A model generated the notes under the pieces. It was given only the letters and a program-made list of their open reading frames with translations, did not search any database and was not told where the DNA came from. A stretch of DNA of 64,000 nucleotides, taken from positions 6,322 through 70,321 of the forward strand of contig CAINFC010000005.1 of the NCBI GenBank assembly GCA_903847975.1, written 5' to 3'. The DNA is from an uncultured Acidobacteriota bacterium (lineage in GTDB: Bacteria > Acidobacteriota > UBA6911 > CAINFC01). The position numbers and the translations under genes were made by a program. This document shows positions 13,001 to 21,956 of the stretch, in pieces (positions within the stretch are counted from its first letter, which is position 1; the number at the start of each line of letters is the position of its first letter).

Positions 13001-13681
13001 CTGCCTTTCGGCAAAGGTAAAAACTGGGCCAATAACCTTCCCGGTTTTCTGGATAAGATCGTCGGCGGATGGCAGATTTCCGGGATGGGGACGGTCTGGA
13101 GTTCCTATTACACCCTGCCGGCCACTCAGTTCCAGACCGCAACCCCGATCGAGACCTACGGCTACAAGTATCCGATCCAGGACTGCCGGAGCGGCGCATG
13201 CCGTCCCGGATACCTGTATTGGAACGGTTACATCAATCCGAATCAGATCAATTCGGTGGATGCCAGCGGGAAACCGAACGGAGTGATGGGAGTGCCCAGC
13301 AACTACAAGCCGTCGGTGCAGCCGCTGAACCCCTGGCCGGTCAACCCCAGCAAGAGCGATCCGATGTATGCCTACTATGGCACCAATACGACCTGGGTAA
13401 CTCTGAAAAACGGCGTTTCCCAGCGTACGACTTTCGACAACGGTTTGATGCCCCTGCGGCAGCAATACCGGCCCGGCGTGCGGTCCTGGATGCTGGATGC
13501 TTCCCTGGTCAAGACAATCCCGTTCAACGAGCGCTTCAACCTGCGCTTCCAGTTGGATGCCTTCAATGTTCTCAATCATCCGGGAAATTCGACCTCGATA
13601 ACCGGGGAAGGACTCCTGATGACCAATGTCTCCGGTCAGGCTGCCCGGGAAATGCAGCTGTCGCTGCGTTTGAACTGGTAA
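10019..13681 (+). CDS. TonB-dependent outer-membrane receptor with N-terminal carboxypeptidase-regulatory-like domain (Acidobacteria-type)
   Basis: Signal peptide MLKRCFLFIAAISLFCSAV. SVRGTVRDQSEAVVPGVSVVLTNLDTNVSSKSTTNEVGFYIVPGLIAGRYRLTAEQTGF is the CarboxypepD_reg fold. Plug and barrel region follows. The protein ends in an aromatic residue (LRLNW) as expected for beta-barrels. Size is about 1220 aa. Confidence 0.8.
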   Translation: MLKRCFLFIAAISLFCSAVLPQSSTGSVRGTVRDQSEAVVPGVSVVLTNLDTNVSSKSTTNEVGFYIVPGLIAGRYRLTAEQTGFQILENTITVQVGQNVVIDPVLKPGAVSTTVVVQSEAPMVVTDSPALGHVLERRRIEQLPLNGRTLSGLLVTIPGQEGTRAYGIRDGSQEVILDGAATADKLWGGMARRQASLEAIEEFRVENNSSSAKFSRPTSIVASTRSGTNRLHGTLFETNRNNAYGKARRREDNYAKAPMLNRNEYGGSVGGPLYLPRIYDGKDRTFWFFAYEGLRQIAPSTMGFPVPTEAMRNGDFSGLKDSEGRTIKIYDPWTTDSNTWQRQQFAYRGVPNVIDPARMSPIAKTLFGITPLPTEPNVNPYIDNNWWGPVPSTRRQWIMNMRFDHRISEKDQIFGRYSQGHHYQYSQFYAQPMLNGVAGTQQTTAPNKTLGITHLHTFSPTFFNELLVSGNRELAYNGTGDPNRKYADEMGLPNPMGVAGWPGIYPSGLRGDAYYFETQNTSYAALSNVIIDDNMTKIKGRHEFLFGGHYRYDQMNYLPEQQQVAGNINTNSGFTSLYDPSSSRTSPQATPFTGNGIANLYLGGMIYSNQFVRNYFYARGKEYALYFQDNFRVTPRLTLNLGLRWEFWPSYSEKNKVMVSFDDKTKSIVLGQDLATLYRMGATLPSIVTRYQGFGAKFIDPQAAGLPPKLIDNYFKDFGPRLGLAYRAGDGARSFVVRGGYRISYFPLPLTTWGQRMRSNAPLNARFYNDVYSNAATSPDGIAAWGMRSVPTIIGGLNSKNAVSLEDPRSLSRGSALVSYFDRNQPDSRVQDWNLTLEKEVMSNTLLRVGYFGNHVDNLEQYYRYNENPTDYVWFKNTGLAIPGGEYAGVARRPFDQVVYGTIERYQKSGWSNSNGMQFELERRFSKGFSYQLFYVVQNVFTAGGRSYSGVIPGQNIFLTGTVPTDLDALNRLYNYQRDTTIPKHRVRWNWVADLPFGKGKNWANNLPGFLDKIVGGWQISGMGTVWSSYYTLPATQFQTATPIETYGYKYPIQDCRSGACRPGYLYWNGYINPNQINSVDASGKPNGVMGVPSNYKPSVQPLNPWPVNPSKSDPMYAYYGTNTTWVTLKNGVSQRTTFDNGLMPLRQQYRPGVRSWMLDASLVKTIPFNERFNLRFQLDAFNVLNHPGNSTSITGEGLLMTNVSGQAAREMQLSLRLNW

Positions 13682-13804
13682 GGGGCTGTCGGGTGTCCGG
13701 GGCGGGGAATTCGCTCTGCCCCGGACGCCTGCCCGGACAGGGAAGCCGGGCTGCCCGATGATCGATTGCCGACACAACTCATTGCGGGGAAGGAGTCTTC
13801 GGTC

Positions 13805-15910
13805 ATGCGGATACGGTTAGGGCTTGCCGCCATCCTTCTGGCTTTTCTGCTGCCGGAGTACCGGTCCGCGGTACCCGGCGTTCTTCTTTATCATACCGAT
13901 TTTTCACGCCTGGAGCCCGGGAATTTCGGGGAGCTGGCGGTACGCGGCTTTCCCGAGTATCACCACATCCCGCGCCAATTCACCGACGGATGGGAGATCG
14001 TCAACAACCGGGGGCCGGAGGAATGGAAGGTCCTGGCCGTCGAAGGGAAGCATACCCTGAATTACCTGGGATACAACCGCGAGGCGTGGACCAGGAATTT
14101 CATCTACCCGATTCTCTGTAGCGGCGATTCGCGCTGGAAGGACTACTCCCTGGAAGCGGAGATTACTCCCTTAAGCCGATCGGATGCGTCGGATCTGCAA
14201 GGGATCCTGTTCCGGTACCAGGATGGCCGTCATTACTACTTTTTCGGCTGGGCCGCGGAAAACCAGCTGGTCCTCCGCTATCGGGATGGGGAAAAGGGGT
14301 TCCGGCAGGACGGCTGGCATGAGCTGGGTTCCGCTTCGAAAGGGATGTCCCCGGGCAGGAAATGCCGGCTGCGCGTCGATGTGACCGGGGACCGTATCCG
14401 CTGCAGTGTCGATGGGCAAAGCCTTATCTCGGTATCGGACCGGCGCTATGATCGGGGGAAGATCGGCCTGCTGGCCTGTTCCCCGATCCGCTTCCATGAG
14501 GTACGTGTCGAGACCTCCCCGGAGCAGGCCGGGGAGCTGGCCTCTCTCCACAAAAAAGAGGAGAGCGACCTGCAGGCACTGCGCCTTGCCCAGCCGGAAC
14601 CGCTGCTCTGGAAAAAAATGCGGACCGCCGGATTCGGCGTTTCCAGGGCGCTGCGCCTGGGGGATCTGAATGGAGACCGGCAGAAGGATTTTTTGTTCGT
14701 CCAGAGCATTCCCTTTTTCGGAGCCAACTATCATCAGATCAGCTGTCTGACGGCCGTGGACGGGGAAGGGCGACTGCTCTGGCAGCAAGGAAAACCGGAT
14801 CCGGACCATGCCTATGTCAGCTACGATGTGGCGGCGCAGATCCACGACTGGGACGGGGACGGAACGGCGGAGGTCATTTATGCCGAAGATCGCTTTCTCC
14901 TGGTGCGGAACGGCAGGACGGGAGAGCTGAAACGCCGCTATGAGCTGCCGGAGTCGCGGATTCTGCCGGAGGAAACCTCCTGGAAAGAGTATCGGCACTA
15001 CTACCGCAGGGATCATCTACCTTTCCTTATCGTCGACAGCATCGGCTTTGCCGACCTGCGGGGGACCGGCCGCGCCGCCGACATGATTCTCAAGGACCGT
15101 CACACCCGGCTCTGGGCCTTCAATGACCGGTTTGAGCTCCTCTGGACCGCCTCGGCCAACCTGGGCCATTTCCCCTGGTTTGCGGATGTGGATCAGGATG
15201 GGCGGGACGAAATTTTCCTGGGCTATACCCTGTTCGATCATGACGGCAAGGGAATCTGGAGTCTCGACGGAAAACTGGAGGAGCACGCTGACGGTATCTG
15301 CGGAGGGAACTTTTGCGGAAACGGTAATCCCGGGCGGGTTTTCATCGCCGGCAGCGACGATGGGGTGGTCGTGGCGGGGATGGATGGCACGGTTCTTCGG
15401 CATCACCGGGTCGGCCACGCCCAAACCCCTTCGATCGGCCAATTCCGGCCGGATGTGCCCGGACTGGAGTTTTGCACCATCAATTATTGGGGAGAACCGG
15501 GACGGATTACCCTGTACAGCGGCTGCACCGGGGAGGAGATCTCTCACTTCGAGCCGATTCACGCCGGGTCTCCCGTTCTGCCGGTCAACTGGCGGGGGGA
15601 CGGGCAGGAGTTTATTCTCCTGTCCACCAGTGTAAAAGAGGGCGGCATGCTGGACGGCTTCGGAAGGCGGGTGGTGCTGTTTCCCCAGGACGGCCATCCG
15701 GAGATGGCTTCCATGGTGGAGGACCTGACCGGGGACCGGCGGGACGAGATTATCACCTGGGACCCGGAATCGCTGTGGATCTACACGCAATCCAGCCCTT
15801 TTTCCGGCGAAAAGATTTATGCCCCGCGCCGCACTCCGCACTGGAACGAGTCCAACTACGGCCCGGCCGTCTCCTGGCCGAACTGGGTTCCGAATGTAAC
15901 ACCTCGCTGA
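13805..15910 (+). CDS. Secreted FG-GAP/VCBS-like calcium-binding beta-propeller protein, possibly polysaccharide-lyase-like
   Basis: Signal peptide MRIRLGLAAILLAFLL. Repeated DxDGDG-type motifs (GDLNGDRQKDFLF, DWDGDGTAEVIY, DVDQDGRDEIFLG, DLTGDRRDEII). Lies immediately downstream of the TonB receptor. Confidence 0.45.
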   Translation: MRIRLGLAAILLAFLLPEYRSAVPGVLLYHTDFSRLEPGNFGELAVRGFPEYHHIPRQFTDGWEIVNNRGPEEWKVLAVEGKHTLNYLGYNREAWTRNFIYPILCSGDSRWKDYSLEAEITPLSRSDASDLQGILFRYQDGRHYYFFGWAAENQLVLRYRDGEKGFRQDGWHELGSASKGMSPGRKCRLRVDVTGDRIRCSVDGQSLISVSDRRYDRGKIGLLACSPIRFHEVRVETSPEQAGELASLHKKEESDLQALRLAQPEPLLWKKMRTAGFGVSRALRLGDLNGDRQKDFLFVQSIPFFGANYHQISCLTAVDGEGRLLWQQGKPDPDHAYVSYDVAAQIHDWDGDGTAEVIYAEDRFLLVRNGRTGELKRRYELPESRILPEETSWKEYRHYYRRDHLPFLIVDSIGFADLRGTGRAADMILKDRHTRLWAFNDRFELLWTASANLGHFPWFADVDQDGRDEIFLGYTLFDHDGKGIWSLDGKLEEHADGICGGNFCGNGNPGRVFIAGSDDGVVVAGMDGTVLRHHRVGHAQTPSIGQFRPDVPGLEFCTINYWGEPGRITLYSGCTGEEISHFEPIHAGSPVLPVNWRGDGQEFILLSTSVKEGGMLDGFGRRVVLFPQDGHPEMASMVEDLTGDRRDEIITWDPESLWIYTQSSPFSGEKIYAPRRTPHWNESNYGPAVSWPNWVPNVTPR

Positions 15911-15925
15911 CGGATCGAAAATTAT

Positions 15926-16942
15926 ATGGATCGTCGTAGATTTCTGGACCATATGGCACTGGGCGGGGCGGGGCTTCCCGCGAGCGCGGCCTTCCCCGTG
16001 CCGGGCGGTCCAATGGCGGAAGGCGGAAAGATCCTGTCCGACCTGGGATTTCTGCCCGAAGGGGTGGGTGCAGAGGCGGCCGGCGTCCGTCGTTTGTCGG
16101 CAGAGAAGTTTCTCACCATTTTTCATGCCAAAGTCACCCCGGCCTACAACGTAACTCCCGGTGAGGTCGTGCAGGTGGAGTGCCGCCACGGCTTGCCGGG
16201 ACTGGTTACCCGCGAGGGTCAATTCACAGAGCCGGGGCCGAAGGATCCCATCAACCCGGCGACCGGCCCGATAGCCATCGACGGGGTGGAAGCAGGAGAC
16301 GGGCTGGCCATCGATATCCTGGAGATCCGTACGGCGGATTGGGGGTATTGCAACCGCCATATCTTCGAGTTGAAGGCCGGCTATGTCCATCTGGATCAGC
16401 ACCTGCGCCTACCCATGCAACCCATGATCGGGGTAATCGGCATTGCCCCGGCCCAGGGAACTATGGATACCCGAATCCCGGCCGACACGGGGGGGAATAT
16501 GGATTGCCGCGAGGTTCGCGCCGGAAGTACCCTCCTTTTTACGGCACAGGTTTCGGGGGCGCTGGTGGGTATCGGCGATCCCCACGCCCTGCAGGGGGAT
16601 GGGGAAATCTGCGGTCAGGGGATCGAGACCGATGCCGAGGTCCTGGTTCGCTTTCGCAAGCTGAAGAAGCCGCTCGGTCCGCGGCCGGTGATCCTGCGAC
16701 CGGAATATGTAGCTACCCTGGCCGCCCACAAAGATCTGACCGAAGCAGCCTGGCAGGCCACCGGCGACATGGTGAAACTTCTCTCCGAGCTCACCGGCCT
16801 GGAAGAAAAGGTCTCGCGATGGGCCGTCAACCTCCTGGGATTGCTGCGCATCAACCAGATCGTTGACACGGCCCGGGGAGCCCGAATGGAGATGCCGTCC
16901 TGGATCTTCGGGTTGCGCCGGGGAGCCGCACCGGATGATTAA
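15926..16942 (+). CDS. Acetamidase/formamidase (FmdA/AmdA) family protein with Tat-like N-terminus
   Basis: 338 aa. N-terminus MDRRRFLDHMALGGAGLPASAA is a twin-arginine motif. DPINPATGPIAIDGVEAGDGLAIDILEI and GNMDCREV match FmdA_AmdA family hallmarks. Confidence 0.65.
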   Translation: MDRRRFLDHMALGGAGLPASAAFPVPGGPMAEGGKILSDLGFLPEGVGAEAAGVRRLSAEKFLTIFHAKVTPAYNVTPGEVVQVECRHGLPGLVTREGQFTEPGPKDPINPATGPIAIDGVEAGDGLAIDILEIRTADWGYCNRHIFELKAGYVHLDQHLRLPMQPMIGVIGIAPAQGTMDTRIPADTGGNMDCREVRAGSTLLFTAQVSGALVGIGDPHALQGDGEICGQGIETDAEVLVRFRKLKKPLGPRPVILRPEYVATLAAHKDLTEAAWQATGDMVKLLSELTGLEEKVSRWAVNLLGLLRINQIVDTARGARMEMPSWIFGLRRGAAPDD

Positions 16943-17265
16943 ATGAAAACAGGCATTACGAGTGCGACGGGCCGTCCGGCGCACAGGCGTGGGTAAGACT
17001 AATAAAAGATGAAGATGCAAAAAGGAACCCCAAAGGGGTTCCGGATCACAGCCCGGGGTTGCGCCGCAGGCGCTACCCCGGGTAGGCGGATTTGTTTCAC
17101 AATCAGCCCTGAAAGGGCTGCGCAAACACAAACGAAAACCGTTTCGAGTACAGCCTTCAGGCTGCGTGCTGCAAGCAGGTTTCTGGTTGTGCCGCGCAAG
17201 CTACCGCTTGGACTCTGAACAAAGAAGACTTTTTGCGAGAATATCATTAAAGAACAGGGAGGATT

Positions 17266-19515
17266 ATGAGGAAACGGGAAGGGAAATTGTGCGTCGGTCT
17301 GCTGACGCTTTTGCTATTGCCCGGATGGTGTGCCGCCCAATCCGACAGCGGCGAGCTGTTTTCACGCGGCTATTCGGTTCTTCCCGCACCGCAGCGGGTT
17401 CGCCTGCAGGGGGACGACCTCATTCTGGATGCGGCCTGGACCATCGATGCCTCCCGTTTGTCCGCCGGCCACCCGGCCCTGCGATACCTGCGGCGGGACC
17501 TGCATGATTTCTACCGGATCGATTTTTCGCCGGCGGGGCCCAATGCCGGGAAGAAGATCGTTCTGCAGGTTGTCCCGCGGACCGTGCAATCGGAAGCCGG
17601 AGCGGAGATCGATCGCCAGGCCTACCGCCTGACCGCCGCCGCCGACGGGATTCAAATCCTCGGCAACAGCGATCAGGGCCTGTTTTACGGGGTGCAGACC
17701 TTTCTGCAGCTGCTCAAGCCGGATGCTCGGGGCCAGCTGGCCCTGCCCGGTTGTACTATCGAAGACTGGCCGGGTCACGCCTTGCGGTTCCTGCACTGGG
17801 ACACCAAGCACCACCAGAACCGCATGGAGACCGTAAAGCGCTACCTGGACTGGTCGGCGCGCTTCAAGGTGAACCGCATCGGGTTTGAGCTGGAGGATAA
17901 ATTCGAATATCCCTCTCACCCGGTGATCGGGGCGCCGGGGGCTTACACCACCGCGGAGCTGCAGGAGATCGTCGCCTATGGGCTGGAGCGATTCATCGAG
18001 GTGGTTCCGCAGATTCAGGCCCCGGCGCACATGGCCTATGTGTTAAAGCACGAGGAGTTTAAGCACCTGCGGGCCGACAACAGCAACTATCAGTCCTGCA
18101 TGTGCGATCCGGAGGCGGAAAAACTGATCTTCTCGATGTATGAGGACGTGATCCGCGCCACCCCGGGGGTGGATTCGGTATTCGTTTCCACCGATGAAGT
18201 CTATTATGCCGGCATCTGCAACAAGTGTACGCGGCCTTACAACCCGCAAAACCGCAGCCTGCAGTGGGTCGAATTCGTAAACAAGGCGCATGCTTTTCTT
18301 AGCGGCAGGAATCGCCGGATGCTGGCCTGGGTGGAATTTCCCTTCCGGATCGAGCATCTGGGCATGCTGCCCAAAGGACTCATCAACGGCATCATGTCCC
18401 GATTTAACCCGGAGGTCAAAGCCCAGATGGATCACGGCCTGTTTCATCTGGCTTATACCTCCCTGCAGGGGGAGGAGCTGCTGTTCCCCAATCATTTCCG
18501 GATGTCCAGTCCGAGCAGGGATATTCCCGGACGCCTGGCCGCGGCCGAGGCTCTGATTTCCGTGCAAGCCCGGGCCGCCAGGCCGCTGGGGGTTTTTGGC
18601 GCGGCCTGGGACGACTCCGGACTGCACGACGAGACCTTCTGGCTGGGCTGGGCCACCGTGGCGCAATACGGGTGGAAGCCGGGAGCGGCGCCGGTCGAGC
18701 AGACGGCCGCCGATTTCATGAATATCTATTACGGGCATTCCGCGGTCGACATGATCGCCATTTATATGGACATGCAGCGTCAGGCCCGATTTTTTGAGGA
18801 AACCTGGGATCGTGTCATTTCCCGCGTCCGGAAGCCGGGTTACGGCAGTTCGAACCGGATCGGGCCTACCAACCGCTACGATCGTACGCTTCCGGCCCCG
18901 GCCTTGCCTCAGCCGGTTGGACTGGATTTCCAGCCTGTCTATGGAGACCCGTACCAGGAGCGGATCCGGCAGGCTCGGGCCATGGCCACGGATTGCGAGC
19001 AGCTCTGCTATCGCCTCGCCCAGGCCATGTCGCAGGTACCTCGCAACCGCTACAGCCTGGAGGTTTTTCAGTCTCTGACCTGGCTGGTGCGTCACCAGAT
19101 CCGCCTGGTGATGGGGATGGGCTTCCTGGAAGAAAAGCTGAAGAGTGCCCGGGCCGCCACGCAGGAAAAGAATCCGGAAAAGGCAGCCGGCCTTTTGCAG
19201 GAAGCCCGGCAGCATGCCGCCCTGCTGGTCGGGGAGCGCAAGAGCGTATTTGCCGATCTCCAGCGGGTCTGGGAGAAAAGCCGCTATCCCAAGGGAAGGG
19301 AAGTCAACGGCCGGAAATTTCTTCATGTGATGGACGACGTCAAGGATCATTGGGCAGACCGCCGCCCGGACCTTTCCTACATGATCGCCCCGGAAGAGAG
19401 CATCGGTCTGGAAAAGTGGAGTCAGGATCTGGCGGGGATCCTGCGCGTCTTTCGGGAGCAAAACAAGCTGCCGGCGTTGCCCTCCTCTTCCGATGAGCCG
19501 GTCGATGAACCCTAG
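17266..19515 (+). CDS. Glycoside hydrolase family 20-like (beta-N-acetylhexosaminidase-like) secreted enzyme
   Basis: Signal peptide CVGLLTLLLLPGWCAAQ. IEDWPGHALRFLHWDTKHH resembles GH20 I.D.PRF..RG.M.D..RHF. QIQAPAHMAYVLKH resembles GH20 E(I/V)D.PGH. STDEVYY resembles GH20 H.GGDE. Confidence 0.55.
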   Translation: MRKREGKLCVGLLTLLLLPGWCAAQSDSGELFSRGYSVLPAPQRVRLQGDDLILDAAWTIDASRLSAGHPALRYLRRDLHDFYRIDFSPAGPNAGKKIVLQVVPRTVQSEAGAEIDRQAYRLTAAADGIQILGNSDQGLFYGVQTFLQLLKPDARGQLALPGCTIEDWPGHALRFLHWDTKHHQNRMETVKRYLDWSARFKVNRIGFELEDKFEYPSHPVIGAPGAYTTAELQEIVAYGLERFIEVVPQIQAPAHMAYVLKHEEFKHLRADNSNYQSCMCDPEAEKLIFSMYEDVIRATPGVDSVFVSTDEVYYAGICNKCTRPYNPQNRSLQWVEFVNKAHAFLSGRNRRMLAWVEFPFRIEHLGMLPKGLINGIMSRFNPEVKAQMDHGLFHLAYTSLQGEELLFPNHFRMSSPSRDIPGRLAAAEALISVQARAARPLGVFGAAWDDSGLHDETFWLGWATVAQYGWKPGAAPVEQTAADFMNIYYGHSAVDMIAIYMDMQRQARFFEETWDRVISRVRKPGYGSSNRIGPTNRYDRTLPAPALPQPVGLDFQPVYGDPYQERIRQARAMATDCEQLCYRLAQAMSQVPRNRYSLEVFQSLTWLVRHQIRLVMGMGFLEEKLKSARAATQEKNPEKAAGLLQEARQHAALLVGERKSVFADLQRVWEKSRYPKGREVNGRKFLHVMDDVKDHWADRRPDLSYMIAPEESIGLEKWSQDLAGILRVFREQNKLPALPSSSDEPVDEP

Positions 19516-19654
19516 CCGGAGCGGGGGAGTTTTTCTCCGGAAGGGAGCGGCCGTCGCCGCATAGGGCATGACGAACGGCCGCCATGGCCGTCATGGCTGT
19601 CAAGGGTTCCGTCTCCCTGCCATTTACGGCAACAGGAACTGGCAAAGGAGCTAT

Positions 19655-21895
19655 ATGCCGAAATTTTTCAGCGCCGTCATTATTTTGGTGTTTTGGTTCT
19701 CCGCATGGGCGGGAATGGCTTCCGAGGGGTTCGTCAATGACCTGAGGTCCATGGGATACAGCCTGATTCCGGCAGCCAGGGAAGTCCGGCTGACCGGCCG
19801 TGAAATCGGCATCGATGCAACCTGGGGCATCGATCCGCAGGTGGACCCCGGAGAGATCTCGGTCCGATGGCTTAAAGAGGGGGCCATGGAACTGCACCGC
19901 CTCTCGTTGGCAGGGAGCGGGGCCGGGCGGATCGTTCTCCGGCTCTCCCCGGGAGCCGTCGGGTCCGCCCCGCCGACGGTATCGGAGCAGGCATATCTGC
20001 TCAAGATCGCTCCGCATCGGATCGAAATCGTCGGGAACGGCAGCCCGGGTCTGTTTTACGGGGTGCAAAGCCTGCTGCAACTGATTCGATCCCGCGGCGC
20101 CGGGAGCCTGCTTTTGCCTGAGGCCGAGGTGACGGACTGGCCGGCCCTGCCGCTGCGTTTTATTCACTGGGATACCAAGCACCATCAGGACCGGCCGGAG
20201 ACCCTGAGGCGCTTTATCCGCTGGGCGGGCCTGTTCAAGGTAAACGCCATCGGGTTCGAGATCGAAGACAAATACGAATTTCCCCGCCATCCGGTGATCG
20301 GGGCGCCGGGAGCCTTTACCAGGGCCGAGATGCAGGACCTTACCCGGTTTGCGCTGGAGCGCCACATTCAGCTCATCCCCCAGGTCCAGGCCCCGGCGCA
20401 CATGGCCTACGTGTTGAAGCATGAGGAGTTCAAGCACCTCCGGGCCGATCGCAGCAATTACCAGGCCTGCATGTGCGACGAGGAGGCGATGGCCCTCATT
20501 CAGGATATCTACCAGGATATGATCGATGCCACCCCCGGGGTACAATACTTTCATGCCTCCACGGATGAAGTGTATTACGCCGGGATCAGCGAAAAATGCC
20601 GGGAGAAGCGCCCCTATAATCCCAAAAACCGCAGCCTGACCTGGGTGGAGTACGTCAATCGCATGCACCGCTGGCTGCAGGAGCGGGGCCGCACCATGCT
20701 CTGCTGGGTGGAATACCCGCTTCTGGAAGAGCATCTCCGGCAGCTGCCCCGCGGGTTGATCAACGGGATCGGCGGACCGGTTCGCGGAGCCGCATGGAAG
20801 CTGGGGCTGCGCGATGCCGGGGTCCCTTCGCTCATCTACAGCTCCCTGCAGGGCTCGGAGCTTCTTTTCCCCAACTATTTCTCCTCCCGTTTTCAGGACG
20901 ACGGCCGGCCGGTATCCGGCAACCTGGGAAAAGCTAGCCAGGCAGTCGCCGACTCTTTGGGCAAAACGCCGAACGAGCATATCGGCACCTATGCCGCGGC
21001 ATGGGATGACTCCGGACTGCATAATGAACTTTTTTGGCTGGGGTGGGCGGTCATGAGCCAGTACGGATGGTCGCCCGCCGGGCCTCGGGTCGAGCAGGTG
21101 ACCGCCGACTTCATGGATGTGTTTTACGGGCCGGGAAATCAGGACATGATCGAAGTGTACCGGACGTTGATGGAAGGGGCCCGCTTCTACGAATCGAGCC
21201 TGGACCGTGTCCCCGCCGTCCGGCTCAAACCCACTTACGGCAGCTGGGCCGGACCGGGCAGGGACACCACCCGGATCGATTTAAGGATCGAGCCTCCGCC
21301 GCTGCCTTTCGCTTACGATGAGACCCTGGTTGCGGATCGCACCTTCTCGCGGCGCTATGCCCCGGTTCTGGCCGAAATGCCGGGGGTTCGGCTGCGGTTG
21401 GAGCAGGCCATCGGTCTGCTGCAGGGGAAGCTGGGTTCGGTAGCGCGCAACCGATACAACCTGGAGGTGCTCCTCTCCGTGGCCTGTTTCGAACATCATT
21501 ACACCGGGCTCCTGGCCGCTTTGCTGGAAGTGGAGGAACTGCTGCTCCGCGCCGCCGATGAGCAAAAGCAGGAGCGGCATCGGGATGTCGTTTCCCTGCT
21601 TGCCCAGGCGCATGGCCGGGTGCAGGCATCTCTGGCCGAGCGCAATGCCATGTGGGACGCCTTGCGGCGGGTCTGGGAAAAAAGCCGATACCCGAAAGGC
21701 CAGTCGGTCGGCGGTCGGAACTTTGTTCACGTTCTCGACGACCTGAAAGACCACCGGGCCGACCGCCGGGTCGGGTTGGAGTATATGCTGGAGCCGCTGG
21801 AAAACATCGGGCTGAAGGAATGGAATGAAGGGCTGGAGAAATTCCTGCGGACCTACGCGAAAAGCCGTGAAATCGAGGTGCCGGCGTTGAAATGA
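19655..21895 (+). CDS. Glycoside hydrolase family 20-like enzyme, tandem paralog of the upstream gene
   Basis: Same motif series as the upstream gene (TDWPALPLRFIHWDTKHHQDR, QVQAPAHMAYVLKHEEFKHLRAD, STDEVYYAGI). Start placed at ATG 19655 (MPKFFSAVIILVFWFSAWA, signal-like), preceded by an AAAGGAG RBS. Confidence 0.55.
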   Translation: MPKFFSAVIILVFWFSAWAGMASEGFVNDLRSMGYSLIPAAREVRLTGREIGIDATWGIDPQVDPGEISVRWLKEGAMELHRLSLAGSGAGRIVLRLSPGAVGSAPPTVSEQAYLLKIAPHRIEIVGNGSPGLFYGVQSLLQLIRSRGAGSLLLPEAEVTDWPALPLRFIHWDTKHHQDRPETLRRFIRWAGLFKVNAIGFEIEDKYEFPRHPVIGAPGAFTRAEMQDLTRFALERHIQLIPQVQAPAHMAYVLKHEEFKHLRADRSNYQACMCDEEAMALIQDIYQDMIDATPGVQYFHASTDEVYYAGISEKCREKRPYNPKNRSLTWVEYVNRMHRWLQERGRTMLCWVEYPLLEEHLRQLPRGLINGIGGPVRGAAWKLGLRDAGVPSLIYSSLQGSELLFPNYFSSRFQDDGRPVSGNLGKASQAVADSLGKTPNEHIGTYAAAWDDSGLHNELFWLGWAVMSQYGWSPAGPRVEQVTADFMDVFYGPGNQDMIEVYRTLMEGARFYESSLDRVPAVRLKPTYGSWAGPGRDTTRIDLRIEPPPLPFAYDETLVADRTFSRRYAPVLAEMPGVRLRLEQAIGLLQGKLGSVARNRYNLEVLLSVACFEHHYTGLLAALLEVEELLLRAADEQKQERHRDVVSLLAQAHGRVQASLAERNAMWDALRRVWEKSRYPKGQSVGGRNFVHVLDDLKDHRADRRVGLEYMLEPLENIGLKEWNEGLEKFLRTYAKSREIEVPALK

Positions 21896-21956
21896 TCTCC
21901 GGCGGTCTCTTCCCGGGGAACCACGAAGATTTTCTTATGCCCGGAGGGAGTGGTTT

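Noticed and set aside
13682-13804. Rho-independent terminator after the TonB receptor gene (CCGGGGC-loop-GCCCCGG)
   Set aside because: The 7-bp GC stem is present, but no U-tract follows. In this GC-rich genome such palindromes are frequent, so it is not reported as a feature.
16943-17265. tRNA or other RNA gene in the GC-palindrome-rich spacer
   Set aside because: There is no cloverleaf-compatible arrangement, no T-loop GTTCRA motif with a CCA-proximal acceptor stem, and no tmRNA or RNase P hallmarks. It is kept only as a possible cis-regulatory structure.
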